From assembly GCA_964384115.1 (NCBI GenBank), contig CAYLJU010000002.1, positions 4,912-68,911 of the forward strand: a stretch of 64,000 bases of DNA, read 5' to 3'. Source of the DNA: an uncultured Muribaculaceae bacterium. GTDB taxonomy: Bacteria > Bacillota_I > Bacilli_A > RF39 > UBA660. The position numbers and the translations under genes were made by a program. The first letter of the stretch is position 1. Each line of letters begins with the position of its first letter. The notes below the pieces were generated by a model. It was not told the origin of the DNA. It was given only the letters and a program-made list of their open reading frames with translations, and did no database searches. Shown piece after piece: positions 49,427 through 61,109 of the stretch.

Positions 49427-50812
49427 ATGATTAAAACTAAATTAATTGCAACATATGGCCCAGCATGTGCTGATGATAATGTTTTGAGTGATTTAATAAA
49501 AGAGGGAATTAGTTGTGTTCGAATAAATATGAGTCATGCTGATGTTTCTGAATTAACTAAACTTTCCAAAAAAATAGAAAAAATAAATAAAAAACTAAAT
49601 AAAAATGTATCAATTATGGTGGATTTAAATGGACCCGATGTACGTTTGAATAAAATTGCTGATAATTCTTATCTTGATGTAAATACTAAAATAAGGATAT
49701 ATAGAGATAATATAGTTGGAAATTCAACTAAATTTTCTACTAGTTATCCTAATTTAATAAATGATATTGATGTTGGAACTATTATTAAATTAGGTGATGG
49801 TTTAATTGAACTTAGTGTAGTTGAAAAAAAAGATGATTATGTTATTGCGTTAGTAAAAAATGGTGGTTATATTTATACTAATATGGGACTAAATGTTTTA
49901 AAAACAAAACTTAGAATGCCATTTTTAAATAAAATAGATACAGAAATTATAAAAGAAGCTTCTCGTTTAGGACTTGATTATTTGGCTTTATCATTTGTAA
50001 CTTGTATGGAAGATGTTCTTGAAATACAGGATTTATTAATTAATTTAGGTGATGATCATATTAGTTTAATTGCTAAAATAGAAAATGAGCAAGGGTTATT
50101 TGAAATTGATGAAATATTAAAACATGTAGATGGAATAATGGTAGCTCGTGGTGATTTAGGAATAGAAATTGGATTAGAAAAATTACCAATTATTCAAAGA
50201 AATTTAATTGATAAATGTATAAAAAATGGAAAAATAAGTATTGTAGCAACAGAAATGCTTGCTTCAATGATCGATAATCCAGTTCCTACAAGAGCAGAAG
50301 TTACTGATATCGCTACTAGCGTTAGCGAAGGCGCTAGTGGGGTAATGTTAAGTGGAGAATCAGCAAAAGGCAAATATCCAATTGATACTGTTAAAACAAT
50401 GAGAAAAATAATAGAAGAAAATGAAATAAATAGTGAACTTTCTTGTGAAAAAGATATAACATCTATAATTGCTCGAAGCGTTAATGATGCAGTTAGTAAA
50501 ATGGATATTAAAGCAATAGTCGCGCCTACAATAAGTGGTTTTACAGCTATAAAAATTAGTTTACAAAGGCCTAATACAATTGTTCTTGCATTAACGCCAT
50601 CTAAAAAAGTTGCTAGACAATTAAGTTTATATTATGGTATAATACCAGTAATAGTAGATGAATTTAAAAATTTAGATAAGTTAATAGAATTATCAAAAAG
50701 TATGGCAAAAGAAATGTTAGATTTAAAAAAAGGTGATTATATAATAATAACAGGAGGATATCCTTTTAGAAATGTAAAACATACTAATTTTATGAAGATA
50801 GAAGAAATATAG
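49427..50812 (+). CDS. pyk: Pyruvate kinase
   Basis: 'KLIATYGPA', 'MVARGDLGIEI', 'TEMLASMI'. Confidence 0.88.
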   Translation: MIKTKLIATYGPACADDNVLSDLIKEGISCVRINMSHADVSELTKLSKKIEKINKKLNKNVSIMVDLNGPDVRLNKIADNSYLDVNTKIRIYRDNIVGNSTKFSTSYPNLINDIDVGTIIKLGDGLIELSVVEKKDDYVIALVKNGGYIYTNMGLNVLKTKLRMPFLNKIDTEIIKEASRLGLDYLALSFVTCMEDVLEIQDLLINLGDDHISLIAKIENEQGLFEIDEILKHVDGIMVARGDLGIEIGLEKLPIIQRNLIDKCIKNGKISIVATEMLASMIDNPVPTRAEVTDIATSVSEGASGVMLSGESAKGKYPIDTVKTMRKIIEENEINSELSCEKDITSIIARSVNDAVSKMDIKAIVAPTISGFTAIKISLQRPNTIVLALTPSKKVARQLSLYYGIIPVIVDEFKNLDKLIELSKSMAKEMLDLKKGDYIIITGGYPFRNVKHTNFMKIEEI

Positions 50813-50821
50813 GGTGATAAA

Positions 50822-53179
50822 ATGTATAATTTGGGTGAACATTTTAAGGTTGAATTAAATACAATTTTACCTAATTTAAAATGTATTTTTAAAGGTAATA
50901 AATATCGTATTACTATTCTTTCAAATACACTTGTTAGAATAGAATATAATGAATTTGGTGCTTTTTTAGATGCACCAACACAATTAGTTGTTAATAGAAA
51001 TTTTCCATTGCCGGAAATTAATGTAAAACAAGATGAAAAATATTTGGAAATTAAAACACCTAAATTTACACTTCATTATACAAAAGACATGCCTTTTAAA
51101 AATAATTTAAAAATAGAAATAAATGGAAATACTTGGCAATATAATCATCCTGAAGCTAAATGTTATGATGCTCCTGGATGTAGTATAAATGATAAATATA
51201 TTAAAAGTTTATATTCTTTAGATGGTTTTGTAAGTTTAGATGATAATACATATGAATTACTTTCTAATGGTGAATATAAAAAAAGAGATGGCACTTATGT
51301 AGATAAATATATATTCCTTTATGGTAATGATTTTAATGTATGTTTGAAAGACTATTTTACATTAACTGGGTTTCCAACAATGATTCCTAGATATGCTTTT
51401 GGTATATGGTGGAGTAAAAATAAGGATTATAATTTAGATGAAATTAAAAATCTTATTGTTGATTTTAAAAATAATCATATACCACTTTCAGTTATTTTAC
51501 TTGATCATTCATGGCATATTAATGTTTATAATAAAGAATATGTTGAGTCAGGTTTTACTTGGAATGGTTCACTTATAAATAATCCTGTTAATTTAACAAA
51601 TTATTTACATGCAAATGGTATTAGAATTGGACTTGTTGTTAATCCTAATGTTGGTTTTTATCCATATGAAGCTAGTTATGATAAACTTGTAAATTATTTA
51701 GAAAAAGATAGCAATGGAATTATTCCATTTAATGCAATTGATCCTAAAAGTATTGATGTTTATTTAAAGATACTAATTCATCCTCTTGATAATTTAGGAA
51801 TTGATTTCTATTGTAATGATACTGATAAAATAAATACTAGTTATTGGCTTACAAGAAATGCAAATTATATTGATATGAAAAGAAATTATCAAAAAAGACC
51901 AATTGTTATTTCTAAAAAAACTGGTTTGGTAGATCATAGATATGGTATTATTTATACAGGTAAAACATTTGTTGATTTTAAAACATTAAATGATATTGTA
52001 CGATACAATGTTTTAGCGCCTAATTACGGACTTAGTTTTTATGCTCATGATATTGGAGGATTTGAAGGAGGAATAGAATCTTCTGATTTATATACTAGAT
52101 TTGTTCAATTAGGTACTTTTTCTCCAATATTTAAATTTGGTTCTAGTTCTAGCAAATATTATAAAAGGGAACCTTGGAGATGGGAAACTGATACTTATGA
52201 AATTACTAAATATTATTTAAATTTAAGGCAAAAAATGATTCCTTATTTATATAATGAATCTTATAATTATTCAAAAAATGGTATACCTTTAATTGAACCT
52301 ATTTATTATAAATATCCTTCTTTTTATGATAATGAAATTTATAAAAATGAATATTATTTTGGAGAATCATTATTAGTCGCACCTATTACAAATAAAATGG
52401 ATGATGTAATGAGAAGAACAGTTCATAAATTTTATATTCCAGAAGGTGTTTGGTATGATTTTTCAACTGGTAAAAAATATCCGGGAAATCATAAATATAT
52501 ATCATTTTATAAATTAAGAGATTATCCTGTTTTTGCAAAAGCTGGTGCGATTATTCCTTTTGGTTATAATGATAATATAAATGATACAAATACTCCTAAT
52601 ACTTTAGAAATTCAAATTTTTCCTGGTAAATCTAATAAATATGAATTATATGAAGATGATGGTGTAAGTTCTTTATATAGTCAAGGATATTTTATAAAAA
52701 CAGAGATTGAATATAACTATTTTCCTAGTAATTATACAGTTATTATTAGACCTATTGCTGGTAAAAGTAATATTATTCCTGAAAAAAGGACATATAGGAT
52801 TGTCTTTAGAAATGTACGTAATGCTGATGAAGTTATTGTTTATGAGCAAGATATGAAGGTTGTTCCTAATAGTTATGTTGAGGGTACTAATTTTATTGTT
52901 GAAGTTTCTGATGTTAGGACTGTTTCTCAATTAACAATTAATTGTAAAGGTAAAGATATTGAAATTGATGCAGTTAAAATTATAGATGAAGATATTGAAG
53001 CAATTATTAATGATTTAAGTATAGAGACTTCTTTAAAAGATGAAATAGATAGAATTATTTTTAGTGATAATTCTATTAGTAAAAAAAGAATAATGATAAG
53101 AAAATTAAGAACTAAAGGACTTGATAATAAGTTTGTAAGATTGTTCTTAAGATTACTTGAACATATAAAACAATTATAG
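50822..53179 (+). CDS. Glycoside hydrolase family 31 (alpha-glucosidase/alpha-xylosidase-like)
   Basis: 785 aa; 'GIWWSKN', 'VILLDHSWH', 'YAHDIGGF' consistent with a GH31 catalytic domain. Confidence 0.7.
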   Translation: MYNLGEHFKVELNTILPNLKCIFKGNKYRITILSNTLVRIEYNEFGAFLDAPTQLVVNRNFPLPEINVKQDEKYLEIKTPKFTLHYTKDMPFKNNLKIEINGNTWQYNHPEAKCYDAPGCSINDKYIKSLYSLDGFVSLDDNTYELLSNGEYKKRDGTYVDKYIFLYGNDFNVCLKDYFTLTGFPTMIPRYAFGIWWSKNKDYNLDEIKNLIVDFKNNHIPLSVILLDHSWHINVYNKEYVESGFTWNGSLINNPVNLTNYLHANGIRIGLVVNPNVGFYPYEASYDKLVNYLEKDSNGIIPFNAIDPKSIDVYLKILIHPLDNLGIDFYCNDTDKINTSYWLTRNANYIDMKRNYQKRPIVISKKTGLVDHRYGIIYTGKTFVDFKTLNDIVRYNVLAPNYGLSFYAHDIGGFEGGIESSDLYTRFVQLGTFSPIFKFGSSSSKYYKREPWRWETDTYEITKYYLNLRQKMIPYLYNESYNYSKNGIPLIEPIYYKYPSFYDNEIYKNEYYFGESLLVAPITNKMDDVMRRTVHKFYIPEGVWYDFSTGKKYPGNHKYISFYKLRDYPVFAKAGAIIPFGYNDNINDTNTPNTLEIQIFPGKSNKYELYEDDGVSSLYSQGYFIKTEIEYNYFPSNYTVIIRPIAGKSNIIPEKRTYRIVFRNVRNADEVIVYEQDMKVVPNSYVEGTNFIVEVSDVRTVSQLTINCKGKDIEIDAVKIIDEDIEAIINDLSIETSLKDEIDRIIFSDNSISKKRIMIRKLRTKGLDNKFVRLFLRLLEHIKQL

Positions 53180-53274
53180 GGTTTCTATAATTGTTTTATT
53201 GTTTAAATATAAAAAATAAACTTTATTTTTAATAAAAAATTTTATATAATTGATATAGAAGGGTAGGTATTTTG

Positions 53275-55935
53275 ATGGAAAAAAATTGGCATGCGCTTGA
53301 TAAAACATTTGTTTTGAGTAATTTAGATTCAAATTATAATGGACTTAGTACAAAAGAAGCAAATGAAAGATTAAAAAAATATGGTAAAAATGAATTACCT
53401 AAAAAGAAAAATGATGGTTTTATTAAACTTGTTTTAAAAGGAACGCTTGATCCTATTATAATAGTTTTGATTATAACAGTAATATTTTCATTTATTATAA
53501 ATGAAAAAGTTGATGCATATACAATTTTATTTATAATGTTAGTTGATTTAATTATAGGTGCGATTCAAGAATGGAGCGCAACTAAGACAGCTGATAGTTT
53601 ATCAAAATTAATTAGAGTTAACACAAGAGTTATTAGAGATGATAAGGAAATTGATGTTTTAGCAACAGAACTTACAATAGGCGATGTTATATTACTTGAA
53701 TCAGGTGATAAGATATCTTGTGATGCAAGAATACTTGAGTGTTCTAATTTACAAGTTGATGAATCAACATTAACAGGTGAAAGTACTAGTATATATAAAC
53801 TAGAAGATATTTTGGATGAAGAAACTATTTTATCTAATCGTAAAAATATGGTTTATGCTGGAACTACTGTTTTAACAGGAAGAGCACGATGTGTAGTTAC
53901 AGAAATAGGTATTAATACAGAAGTTGGTAAAATCGCACATAAAGTTACAACTACTAAAGAAGAAAAATCTCCACTTACGCTTAGAATGGAAAAGTTTTCA
54001 AAACAAATATGTTTGATGATAATTATAATTAGTTTAATAATAACAATTGTTTTATTTAGTAAAGGAATACCTGGTAAAGAAATATTTTTATCAGTTATAG
54101 CATTATCAGTTTCAGCTATGCCTGAAGGATTGCCACTTGCTTTAACGCTTGCTTTAACTATTTCAAGTAAAAGAATGGCTAAAAAAAATGTTGTTGTTAA
54201 AAAGCTTACTTCAGCTGAAAGTTTAGGTAGTTGTACTCTTATTGCCAGTGATAAAACAGGTACTTTAACAGTAAATGAACAAACAGCCAAAAAAATAATT
54301 TTGCCAAATGAAGATATTTTTGATATTTCAGGATCTGGTTATAATGATGAAGGTACGATTTTAGCAAGTTCTTCTAATATTGATTATGCTAGACATATTG
54401 CTTTTTTAGGTGTTATAAATAATGAAGCAAAATTTGAAAAAGAAGAAAATGGTTTTATAGTGCATGGTGATTCTATTGATATTGCATTTCTTGTTTTAGG
54501 TAAAAAAGCTGATACATCAAATGTTGGTGTTAATATTATTGGTAAAATTCCATATGAATCAGAACGTCAATATTCAGCTGTCTTTTATAAAATAGATGAT
54601 GAATTATATTGTACTGTTAAAGGTTCTTTAGAAAAAGTATTATCTTTTTGTAAAAATATGAAAATTGATGATAAAGTTAAAAAGATAGATGAAGATATGT
54701 TAAGAGAACAAAATAATTTTTTAGCAAGCGATGGTTATCGTGTTATTGCTTTAGCAAGTTCTAAAATTAAAAATATTGAAATAAAAAATGAATACTCTGA
54801 TGAAGATATTCCAGAACTTTGTTTTGAAGGAATGGTTGGATTTATTGATCCAATAAGGGTTGAGGCTTTAGATGCTGTTTCAGATTGCTTAAAAGCTTCT
54901 GTTAAAGTTGTAATGATAACAGGTGATCAAGCTTTAACTGCTTATAATATTGCAAAAGAATTAAAAATAGCTTCTTCTTTTGACGAAGTTACAACAGGAA
55001 CTGAAATTGATAGTTTTTATAAACAAGGGAATGAAATATTTGATGAATTTATAAAAACAAAAAAAGTATTTACTAGAATTACACCTATTCAAAAATTAGA
55101 AATAGTTGAATCATATAAAAGATTAGGTGAATTTGTTGCTGTAACTGGCGATGGCGTTAATGATGCGCCAGCTCTTAAGGTTGCAAATATTGGTGTTGCT
55201 ATGGGAAGTGGTACTAGTGCTGCTAAAGAAACTGCTTCAATGATTATCGTTGATGATAATTTTAAATCAATTGTAAGCGGAATTAAAGAGGGAAGAGGAA
55301 CTTATAGTAATATAAGAAAAGTAAGTTATTTATTATTATCTTGCTGTTTTGCTGAAATTTTGTTTTTCTTACTTGCCGTTGTATTTAATTTTCCTATGCC
55401 ACTTGTTGCTATTCAACTTTTATGGCTTAATATTACAACTGATGGATTACAAGATTTGGCATTATCATTTGAAAAAACTGATGATGATGTAATGATGGAA
55501 CCACCTAAAAAAACAAGCGAATCAATTTTTAATAAAGAATTGTTTATAGAAGTTTTAGTTTCCGGTTTAAGTATGGGGTTAATTGTTTTTCTTGTATGGG
55601 TTGTTTTAATTAAAAAACTTAATTTTGATGTTTATGTTGCACGTGGTTATATTATGATGCTTATGGTATTTATGCAAAATATGCATACTCTTAATTGTCG
55701 TAGTGAATCTAAACATTTTTATGAGGTTGGATTTAAGAAAAATCCATTTGTTATATTTAGTATTTTATTTGCTACTATTTTACAAATCATTGTTGCAGAG
55801 GTTCCTGTTTTAAGTAATTATTTAGATACTGCTTCTGTACCATTATTTGATATGTTAATATTATTTTTGATTTCAACTAGTATTTTATTAATAGTTGAAT
55901 TATATAAGGCAATTAAAAAAAGGAGAAAATCATGA
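53275..55935 (+). CDS. Cation-transporting P-type ATPase (likely Ca2+-type, YloB-like)
   Basis: 'ICSDKTGTLT'-type phosphorylation site (SDKTGTLT), 'TGDGVNDAPAL', 10 TM segments. Confidence 0.85.
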   Translation: MEKNWHALDKTFVLSNLDSNYNGLSTKEANERLKKYGKNELPKKKNDGFIKLVLKGTLDPIIIVLIITVIFSFIINEKVDAYTILFIMLVDLIIGAIQEWSATKTADSLSKLIRVNTRVIRDDKEIDVLATELTIGDVILLESGDKISCDARILECSNLQVDESTLTGESTSIYKLEDILDEETILSNRKNMVYAGTTVLTGRARCVVTEIGINTEVGKIAHKVTTTKEEKSPLTLRMEKFSKQICLMIIIISLIITIVLFSKGIPGKEIFLSVIALSVSAMPEGLPLALTLALTISSKRMAKKNVVVKKLTSAESLGSCTLIASDKTGTLTVNEQTAKKIILPNEDIFDISGSGYNDEGTILASSSNIDYARHIAFLGVINNEAKFEKEENGFIVHGDSIDIAFLVLGKKADTSNVGVNIIGKIPYESERQYSAVFYKIDDELYCTVKGSLEKVLSFCKNMKIDDKVKKIDEDMLREQNNFLASDGYRVIALASSKIKNIEIKNEYSDEDIPELCFEGMVGFIDPIRVEALDAVSDCLKASVKVVMITGDQALTAYNIAKELKIASSFDEVTTGTEIDSFYKQGNEIFDEFIKTKKVFTRITPIQKLEIVESYKRLGEFVAVTGDGVNDAPALKVANIGVAMGSGTSAAKETASMIIVDDNFKSIVSGIKEGRGTYSNIRKVSYLLLSCCFAEILFFLLAVVFNFPMPLVAIQLLWLNITTDGLQDLALSFEKTDDDVMMEPPKKTSESIFNKELFIEVLVSGLSMGLIVFLVWVVLIKKLNFDVYVARGYIMMLMVFMQNMHTLNCRSESKHFYEVGFKKNPFVIFSILFATILQIIVAEVPVLSNYLDTASVPLFDMLILFLISTSILLIVELYKAIKKRRKS

Positions 55936-56813
55936 GTTTAATAGTTAAAAATGTTAGTAAATCATTTGGTGATAAAAAGGTTGTTGATAATTTATCTTTT
56001 GAGTTAAATAAACCTGGTGTTTTTGGTTTGCTTGGTACTAATGGCGCGGGTAAAACGACAACAATTAGAATGATTTTAGGAATTATAAAAAAAGATTCTG
56101 GTGATATTAGTTGGAATGGTAAATCTGTTACTAGAGAAAATGTTAATTTTGGGTATTTGCCTGAAGAAAGAGGATTATATCCTAAGAGTAAAATATATGA
56201 TCAATTAATGTATTTTGCTAATTTAAAAGGAATGAGTAAGATTGATGCTGATAAATCGATAAGATACTGGTTAGATAAATTAAAGGTTTCAGAATATATT
56301 AATTATACTGCTGAAAAATTATCTAAGGGTAATCAACAAAAAATTCAATTTATTACATCTGTTTTACATAATCCTGATTTAATTGTTTTAGATGAACCTT
56401 TTAGTGGTCTTGATCCTGTTAATACAGAAATACTTAGTAATGTTATGAAAGAACTTGTAAAAGATGGAAAATATATAATTATGTCTTCACATCAAATGAG
56501 TTCTGTTGAAGAATTTTGTACTGATTTGGTTATTTTAGATAGAGGAAAGAGTATTTTAAAAGGAAATTTAAAAGAGATTAAAAATAGTTATAAAACTTCT
56601 AAGGTTATTGTTGAAGTTAATGATAATATTGATGATATTATTAAAGATTTAAAATTATCTATTTTATCTAAAGATGATAATGTATATGTTATTTCTGCTA
56701 TTGATAATAAGAAGAAAGAATTATTTAAACGTTTATGTGATAGAAATATTGAAAAATTTGAGGTTGTAAGACCTTCATTACATGAAATATTTATAGATAA
56801 GGTAGGTGAGTAG
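55932..56813 (+). CDS. ABC transporter ATP-binding protein
   Basis: Walker A 'GTNGAGKTTT', signature 'LSKGNQQK', Walker B 'LIVLDEP'. Confidence 0.88.
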   Translation: MSLIVKNVSKSFGDKKVVDNLSFELNKPGVFGLLGTNGAGKTTTIRMILGIIKKDSGDISWNGKSVTRENVNFGYLPEERGLYPKSKIYDQLMYFANLKGMSKIDADKSIRYWLDKLKVSEYINYTAEKLSKGNQQKIQFITSVLHNPDLIVLDEPFSGLDPVNTEILSNVMKELVKDGKYIIMSSHQMSSVEEFCTDLVILDRGKSILKGNLKEIKNSYKTSKVIVEVNDNIDDIIKDLKLSILSKDDNVYVISAIDNKKKELFKRLCDRNIEKFEVVRPSLHEIFIDKVGE

Positions 56814-58044
56814 TATGAAAAGTTTGTTTACTGTTGCTAGTTTTACTATTAAAGAAATGGTAAAAAAGAAATCTTTTATTGTTTCAAATATTATATTTTT
56901 AGTAATTATATTAGTTGGTACTAATATTCCAGGAATAATTAATAAGTTTAATAATGGTGATGGTTCTTTAACTAAACTTTTAATTGTTGATGAAAATAAT
57001 AAATTTAATGATAGTTTAGATTCTTTAAAAGAAAATGATATTGGTTATGATATTAGTATAGTAAATGAAAAATATGATGAAGATTATATTAAAGAATTAA
57101 TTGAAAATGAACAATTTGATGAAGTAATAGTTTTAAATATTGATAATCAGACTGTTGTTTTTAATGATTATCAAGCAGAAGTTTCTTTTGTTAATTTTTC
57201 AACTGATCAAATTGTAAATGCTATAACAAATATATATTATAATATTAATTTATTAAATCTTGGATTAAGTGAAGATCAACTTAATAAAATGAATATTGAT
57301 TTTAAAGTAAATAATATATACTTGTCAGAATCTGATAGTGGCAATAGTATATTTGCAATGATGATGTTTTCGATTGCTTTATTTTATGCTGTTTTCTTCT
57401 GTGCTAGTCAAGTATCGGCTTCTGTAACTGTTGAAAAAACTTCTAAAATAATTGAAACTTTGACTACATCTACTAGTCCTAAGTATATTGTTTTGGGTAA
57501 AACTTTAGGTGTTGGTTTGGTTGGACTTGCTCAGCTTTTATATCTTTTAATTGCTTTAGTTGTTTGTTCAAATGTCTTTTTACCAAAAGAGATGCTTGAC
57601 GGATTTATTAATTTAAATTCAATTACTTTTGGTGTTTGGGTTACTGTTATTTTCTATTTTATTTTAGGATATACTTTATATGCTCTTATATTTGCTTTAA
57701 CTGGATCTTTAGTACAGAAACCAGAGGATATTCAAAATGCTAATTCTCCTGTTTCTTTGATTTCAGTATTTTCATTTTATTTAGCGTATTTTTCAATGAT
57801 GAATCCTAAAAGTTCACTTAGTATGTTTGCTAGTATATTTCCTTTTTCTTCGGCATTTAGTATGCCAGCTAGAGTTCTTCTTAATATTGTAAGTCCTATG
57901 GAATTTATTTTTTCTATTTTGGTACTTATATTAACTTGTATTTTGATTGGATATACTTCTATAAAGGTTTATTCAAATGCTATTTTAAATTATGGTAATA
58001 AATTTAGTTTAAAGGATATAAAAAAATATTTAAAACAAAAATAA
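56806..58044 (+). CDS. ABC-2 family permease
   Basis: N-terminal TM, large extracellular loop, C-terminal cluster of 5 TMs; coupled to the ATPase. Confidence 0.7.
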   Translation: MSSMKSLFTVASFTIKEMVKKKSFIVSNIIFLVIILVGTNIPGIINKFNNGDGSLTKLLIVDENNKFNDSLDSLKENDIGYDISIVNEKYDEDYIKELIENEQFDEVIVLNIDNQTVVFNDYQAEVSFVNFSTDQIVNAITNIYYNINLLNLGLSEDQLNKMNIDFKVNNIYLSESDSGNSIFAMMMFSIALFYAVFFCASQVSASVTVEKTSKIIETLTTSTSPKYIVLGKTLGVGLVGLAQLLYLLIALVVCSNVFLPKEMLDGFINLNSITFGVWVTVIFYFILGYTLYALIFALTGSLVQKPEDIQNANSPVSLISVFSFYLAYFSMMNPKSSLSMFASIFPFSSAFSMPARVLLNIVSPMEFIFSILVLILTCILIGYTSIKVYSNAILNYGNKFSLKDIKKYLKQK

Positions 58045-58065
58045 AAACTGTATTTTTACAGTTTT

Positions 58066-59148
58066 TTATTTGTCAAAATTTTTTATTAGTTCAACTATAT
58101 CTTTTGCTGAATTTTTGTTTATTATTTTATTTTGATTTTTAATCATTTCATTTTGCAATTTTTTATTTTTTAATAGTTTTTTAACATTATCTATTATTTC
58201 ATTTTCATTGTTACAATTTATACTCATTTTATTATTATTAAAGAATTTTGTATTAAATGTTTCAATTCCTGGAATTGCAAATATATGTATTAGTGGTTTA
58301 TTTATTGATGCTATTTCTGTTGATGATAGTCCTCCTGGTTTTGATAGAACTATGTCTGATGAATAAATTAAATCATTCATATTGTGAGCAAAACCTAAAA
58401 TGATTAAATTTTTATTTTTAATTTGTTTTAATTTATTATATAGTTCTTTATTTGTTCCTGTTACTATAATTATTTTGGTATTATTAATATTAAGTAAATC
58501 ATCAATTATTTTTTCAATGTTACCAAATCCCATACTACCTAGCATAACTAATATTACATTTTCTTTATTTATGTTTAGATTATATCTTATGTTTTTGGCT
58601 TTTTCTATAAAATTTGATGAAACAGGAATACCTGTTTTTATTAATTTTTCTTCTTTAATTCCTTTATTTATAAAATCTTGTTCAGTTCCTTTTTGAATTA
58701 TATAATAGTCTGGTTTAGCTTCTTCCATAAATGGACATGCTGTATAATCTGTTGCTACTAACAAAAATGGTATTTTATGTTTTTTGTTTATTGCTGTCAA
58801 TGTTAGTGCTGGAAATATATGGGTTGTTATAACTATGTCAAAATTATTATTTGTTATATAATTATATAATTTTTTTGTATGTGTTTTGTTTACTAAATAA
58901 ACTGGACTTCTTAGTTTTGTTTTACTGTATAATTCTCCTATTTTATATATAAATTTAAATAATATTCCATCTCCTGTTAAGGATGATAAATATATTTTTG
59001 ATGCAAGATCTCTTCCATTTTTATTTACTATTTCATAGAAGTCTTTGAATTCAGCTTCTATGTTATTTTCTTTTAATTCTTCTAATATGTATTTAGCGCA
59101 GGCATTGTGTCCACCACCTGTTGAACATGATAAAATTAAAACTTTCAT
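58066..59148 (-). CDS. Diacylglycerol glycosyltransferase (MGDG-synthase/UgtP-like, GT28)
   Basis: 'KVLILSCSTGGGHNACAKYI' MGDG-synthase N-domain and C-terminal GT-B domain. Confidence 0.75.
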   Translation of the reverse strand: MKVLILSCSTGGGHNACAKYILEELKENNIEAEFKDFYEIVNKNGRDLASKIYLSSLTGDGILFKFIYKIGELYSKTKLRSPVYLVNKTHTKKLYNYITNNNFDIVITTHIFPALTLTAINKKHKIPFLLVATDYTACPFMEEAKPDYYIIQKGTEQDFINKGIKEEKLIKTGIPVSSNFIEKAKNIRYNLNINKENVILVMLGSMGFGNIEKIIDDLLNINNTKIIIVTGTNKELYNKLKQIKNKNLIILGFAHNMNDLIYSSDIVLSKPGGLSSTEIASINKPLIHIFAIPGIETFNTKFFNNNKMSINCNNENEIIDNVKKLLKNKKLQNEMIKNQNKIINKNSAKDIVELIKNFDK

Positions 59149-59192
59149 ATTTTACCTCCGTTTTTAATTTTATCATATTTTTTTTATAATTG

Positions 59193-60494
59193 TTAGTCTT
59201 TTATTATTTGTTTATAATATTTCCATGCAATATTTTGCGTTACTAGATAATTTATTAATTCTTCAGATATTTCTTTATTTTTTAAGGAATTTAGTATTTC
59301 TGTATATGCTTCTTGATAATCGGTTACTATTAATATATTATTACCTGCTAGTAATGATTTTGTGTATTTATTTTCAATGTTATTTAATCCATTCATTGAT
59401 ATATCATCGGTTATGGTCATATTTTCATAATTTAGTTCATTTTTCAAAATATTGTGAACATTTGGTGATAGGGAAGATGGATTTTTTTCATCGACACATG
59501 TCATATAATTATGGGAAAATAAAATTGCTTGTACATTATTTTTTATTCCTTCTATAAATGGTTTAAAATCATTATTAATAAAATTTTCATATGTTCTTTC
59601 ATCGGTTGCGATTCCTTTATGGGTATCAACATTATTTCCGTATCCAGGAAAATGTTTTAATGTGTATGATACTTTATAGTCAGTGTTTTCTATTACGGTT
59701 TTTATGTATTTTGATGTTAATGTAGCATTTTGACCAAAACTTCTTTGATACATATAAGTTTTTTCATCTGTTGTTACATCAGCTACTGGGGCTAGATTTA
59801 GATTTATTCCTAATTCATATAAAATTTTATTTTTTTCAATTGTATCTTTTTTAATTTGATCAAAACCATTTATTTTATATAGTTCTTGTGATGATAGAAA
59901 TGGTGATGAAATTATATTTTTATTTTGACTTAATCTTGTAACTTTTCCGCCTTCTTCGTCTATTGCAATTAATAAACCTATTTTAGAGTTTTGTTGATAA
60001 TCTTGTATTTCTTTTATTAATTCTTCTTTTGTTTTGTTTACAACATCTCTTCCAAAGAGAATATATCCGCCTATATTATATTTTTTGATTGTTTCAATTT
60101 TTTCTTTTTCTGGTACTCTTACTAATAATAGTTGTCCAATTTTTTCTTCGATTGTCATGCTTTTTACTTTTTCTGTTGCTTTTGTATAGTAACTTTTAAA
60201 TAGATTACTTTGTTTATATTTTATATTAGGAATATTTTCTATTTTTTTGATGATTATGTTTTGAATATTCGTAAAATCGCTTAATTTGTTTTCATATTTT
60301 ATTTTTATATTATCATTTATTATGTTATTAAAATCATTTGGTTTATTGAATGTGTAAATTGTTCCTTTATCTGTTAATATGGTAAATGTGTTATTTGTTA
60401 TGTTAATAATATTTCCTTCTAGTTCTTGATTATATATTTTTAGTGAAAATAATGTGCTTATAATTATTAGAAATGTTAATAATATTTTTTTCAT
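59193..60494 (-). CDS. Glycoside hydrolase family 3 N-terminal-domain protein (beta-N-acetylhexosaminidase, NagZ-like), secreted
   Basis: Signal peptide; 'LKHFPGYGNNVDTHKG' (KHFPGHG motif); 'AIDEEGGKVTRL'. Confidence 0.8.
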   Translation of the reverse strand: MKKILLTFLIIISTLFSLKIYNQELEGNIINITNNTFTILTDKGTIYTFNKPNDFNNIINDNIKIKYENKLSDFTNIQNIIIKKIENIPNIKYKQSNLFKSYYTKATEKVKSMTIEEKIGQLLLVRVPEKEKIETIKKYNIGGYILFGRDVVNKTKEELIKEIQDYQQNSKIGLLIAIDEEGGKVTRLSQNKNIISSPFLSSQELYKINGFDQIKKDTIEKNKILYELGINLNLAPVADVTTDEKTYMYQRSFGQNATLTSKYIKTVIENTDYKVSYTLKHFPGYGNNVDTHKGIATDERTYENFINNDFKPFIEGIKNNVQAILFSHNYMTCVDEKNPSSLSPNVHNILKNELNYENMTITDDISMNGLNNIENKYTKSLLAGNNILIVTDYQEAYTEILNSLKNKEISEELINYLVTQNIAWKYYKQIIKD

Positions 60495-60602
60495 TTTTTC
60501 CTCCTTTTTTTATTTTGTTTTTATCTATTATAATTATACATTTGGTAATTATTTTTTTCAATGTAAGAATATATTTTTATTTTTTTTTTAATATAATTAA
60601 TT

Positions 60603-60965
60603 ATGAATAGTTTTAATTCTGAGATAAATAGATTAAATTTTGAAAATATTCTTTGGGTTATTTTTATTGTTTTGAGTATTCTTAATATAATTGGCGATAA
60701 TTATGAAAAAAAATATGTGAGTTTTAATGATGCTTATTATAAAATGGAAGCAAATAAAATTTTTGAGTTTACTTTGATTGTTACATTTTTTATATATTTA
60801 TATTTTTTGTATAGAAATTATAATTCTATAAATAGTGTTTCTGATGATATGAAGGGACTTTATGAGATTAAATTTTTAGGTAGTGTATTTTTAATAATTG
60901 GTATATTATGTTTAATTTATTTCCAAGAAAAACAAACTTCATTTATAGGTTCACCTGCTTTATAA
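60603..60965 (+). CDS. Small membrane protein (3 TM)
   Basis: ORF-track; hydrophobic. Confidence 0.35.
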   Translation: MNSFNSEINRLNFENILWVIFIVLSILNIIGDNYEKKYVSFNDAYYKMEANKIFEFTLIVTFFIYLYFLYRNYNSINSVSDDMKGLYEIKFLGSVFLIIGILCLIYFQEKQTSFIGSPAL

Positions 60966-61109
60966 ATATAATTATTTAATTTATTAAATATTTTTTTATT
61001 TGTTATTTATTATACATAAAAATAAAGAATTAATATTATTGTGCAATAATATTTTTCTTTATTTTTTTATTTATTTATTGTATAATATTTTTAGAAAATA
61101 GGTGATTCT